Positions 63,671 through 64,000 of a DNA stretch of 64,000 nucleotides are shown piece by piece. The stretch is taken from assembly GCA_001314865.1 (NCBI GenBank), contig LJZR01000023.1, positions 857 through 64,856 on the forward strand, in the 5' to 3' direction. A program made the position numbers and the translations under genes. Source of the stretch: Phormidesmis priestleyi Ana. GTDB lineage: Bacteria > Cyanobacteriota > Cyanobacteriia > Phormidesmidales > Phormidesmidaceae. Below the pieces are notes generated by a model. The model was given only the letters and a program-made list of their open reading frames with translations. It searched no databases and was not told the origin of the DNA. Every line of letters starts with the position of its first letter. Position 1 is the first letter of the stretch.

Positions 63671-64000
63671 ACTTGTTCAAAGCAGCTCGTACCGCAGCTC
63701 TCTGGTCTCGGCGGGTGATCCAACGTTGGTAGGTGCGATTGTGGATGGCCACAGAATGTCCCATCATACGAGCTGAGACGGTGTCGGGGAGGCCCACGCC
63801 AATCGTACGGACAGCCCAGGCATGGCGAAGGTCGTAAGGCGCAAAAGGAATTTCGTAGCGCTTGAACTGGAGCGAGACTTGCTGTCCGATGAGCTGAAGG
63901 GTCGTTTTGTTCAGATCGGTATTGATTTTGGGGAGACGTATTGTTCGCAGTTCAAAAGCGTCTATCCAGCTTGGGTGAAAGGGCCAAACATCGTGCTGGC
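63669..64000 (-). CDS. Tyrosine recombinase/site-specific integrase, 3' end only (runs off the window)
   Basis: Hand translation ...PYDLRHAWAVRT...ARMMGHSVAIHNRTYQRW...ALNK*; catalytic R, H and Y positions present. Confidence 0.85.
   Translation of the reverse strand, partial: QHDVWPFHPSWIDAFELRTIRLPKINTDLNKTTLQLIGQQVSLQFKRYEIPFAPYDLRHAWAVRTIGVGLPDTVSARMMGHSVAIHNRTYQRWITRRDQRAAVRAALNK

Overview
A 64 kb stretch of cyanobacterial core chromosome. The phylum call rests on photosystem II and I genes, NDH-1 subunits, the carboxysome gene ccmP and frequent HIP1 octamers (GCGATCGC). It contains these conserved clusters: rimO-DEAD helicase; psbB-psbT-nrdR-rps1-HAD-metK; 2Fe-2S ferredoxin-psbM; ndhCKJ divergent from rubA-ycf48-psbEFLJ with a convergent psaI; and trx-folK-nudix-photolyase. 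It also holds btpA, VKOR-Trx, queA, dnaG, ccmP, pxcA, fabG and the 3' end of a tyrosine recombinase at the right edge. Several small genes missing from the ORF track were found by hand translation: psbT, psbM, psbF, psbL, psbJ, psaI and the integrase fragment. The least ordinary part is 34-51 kb, a cell-envelope block with an MBOAT+SGNH O-acylation pair and three glycosyltransferases. It also has an FHA-FHA-ABC exporter divergent from an SH3b-bearing Ser/Thr kinase followed by a D,D-carboxypeptidase, a candidate phospho-regulated envelope module. The whole window carries many locus-specific 10-18 nt tandem micro-duplications, some of them in frame inside housekeeping proteins. I saw no rRNA, tRNA, CRISPR array or transposase. 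All product calls come from motif recognition, not database searches.
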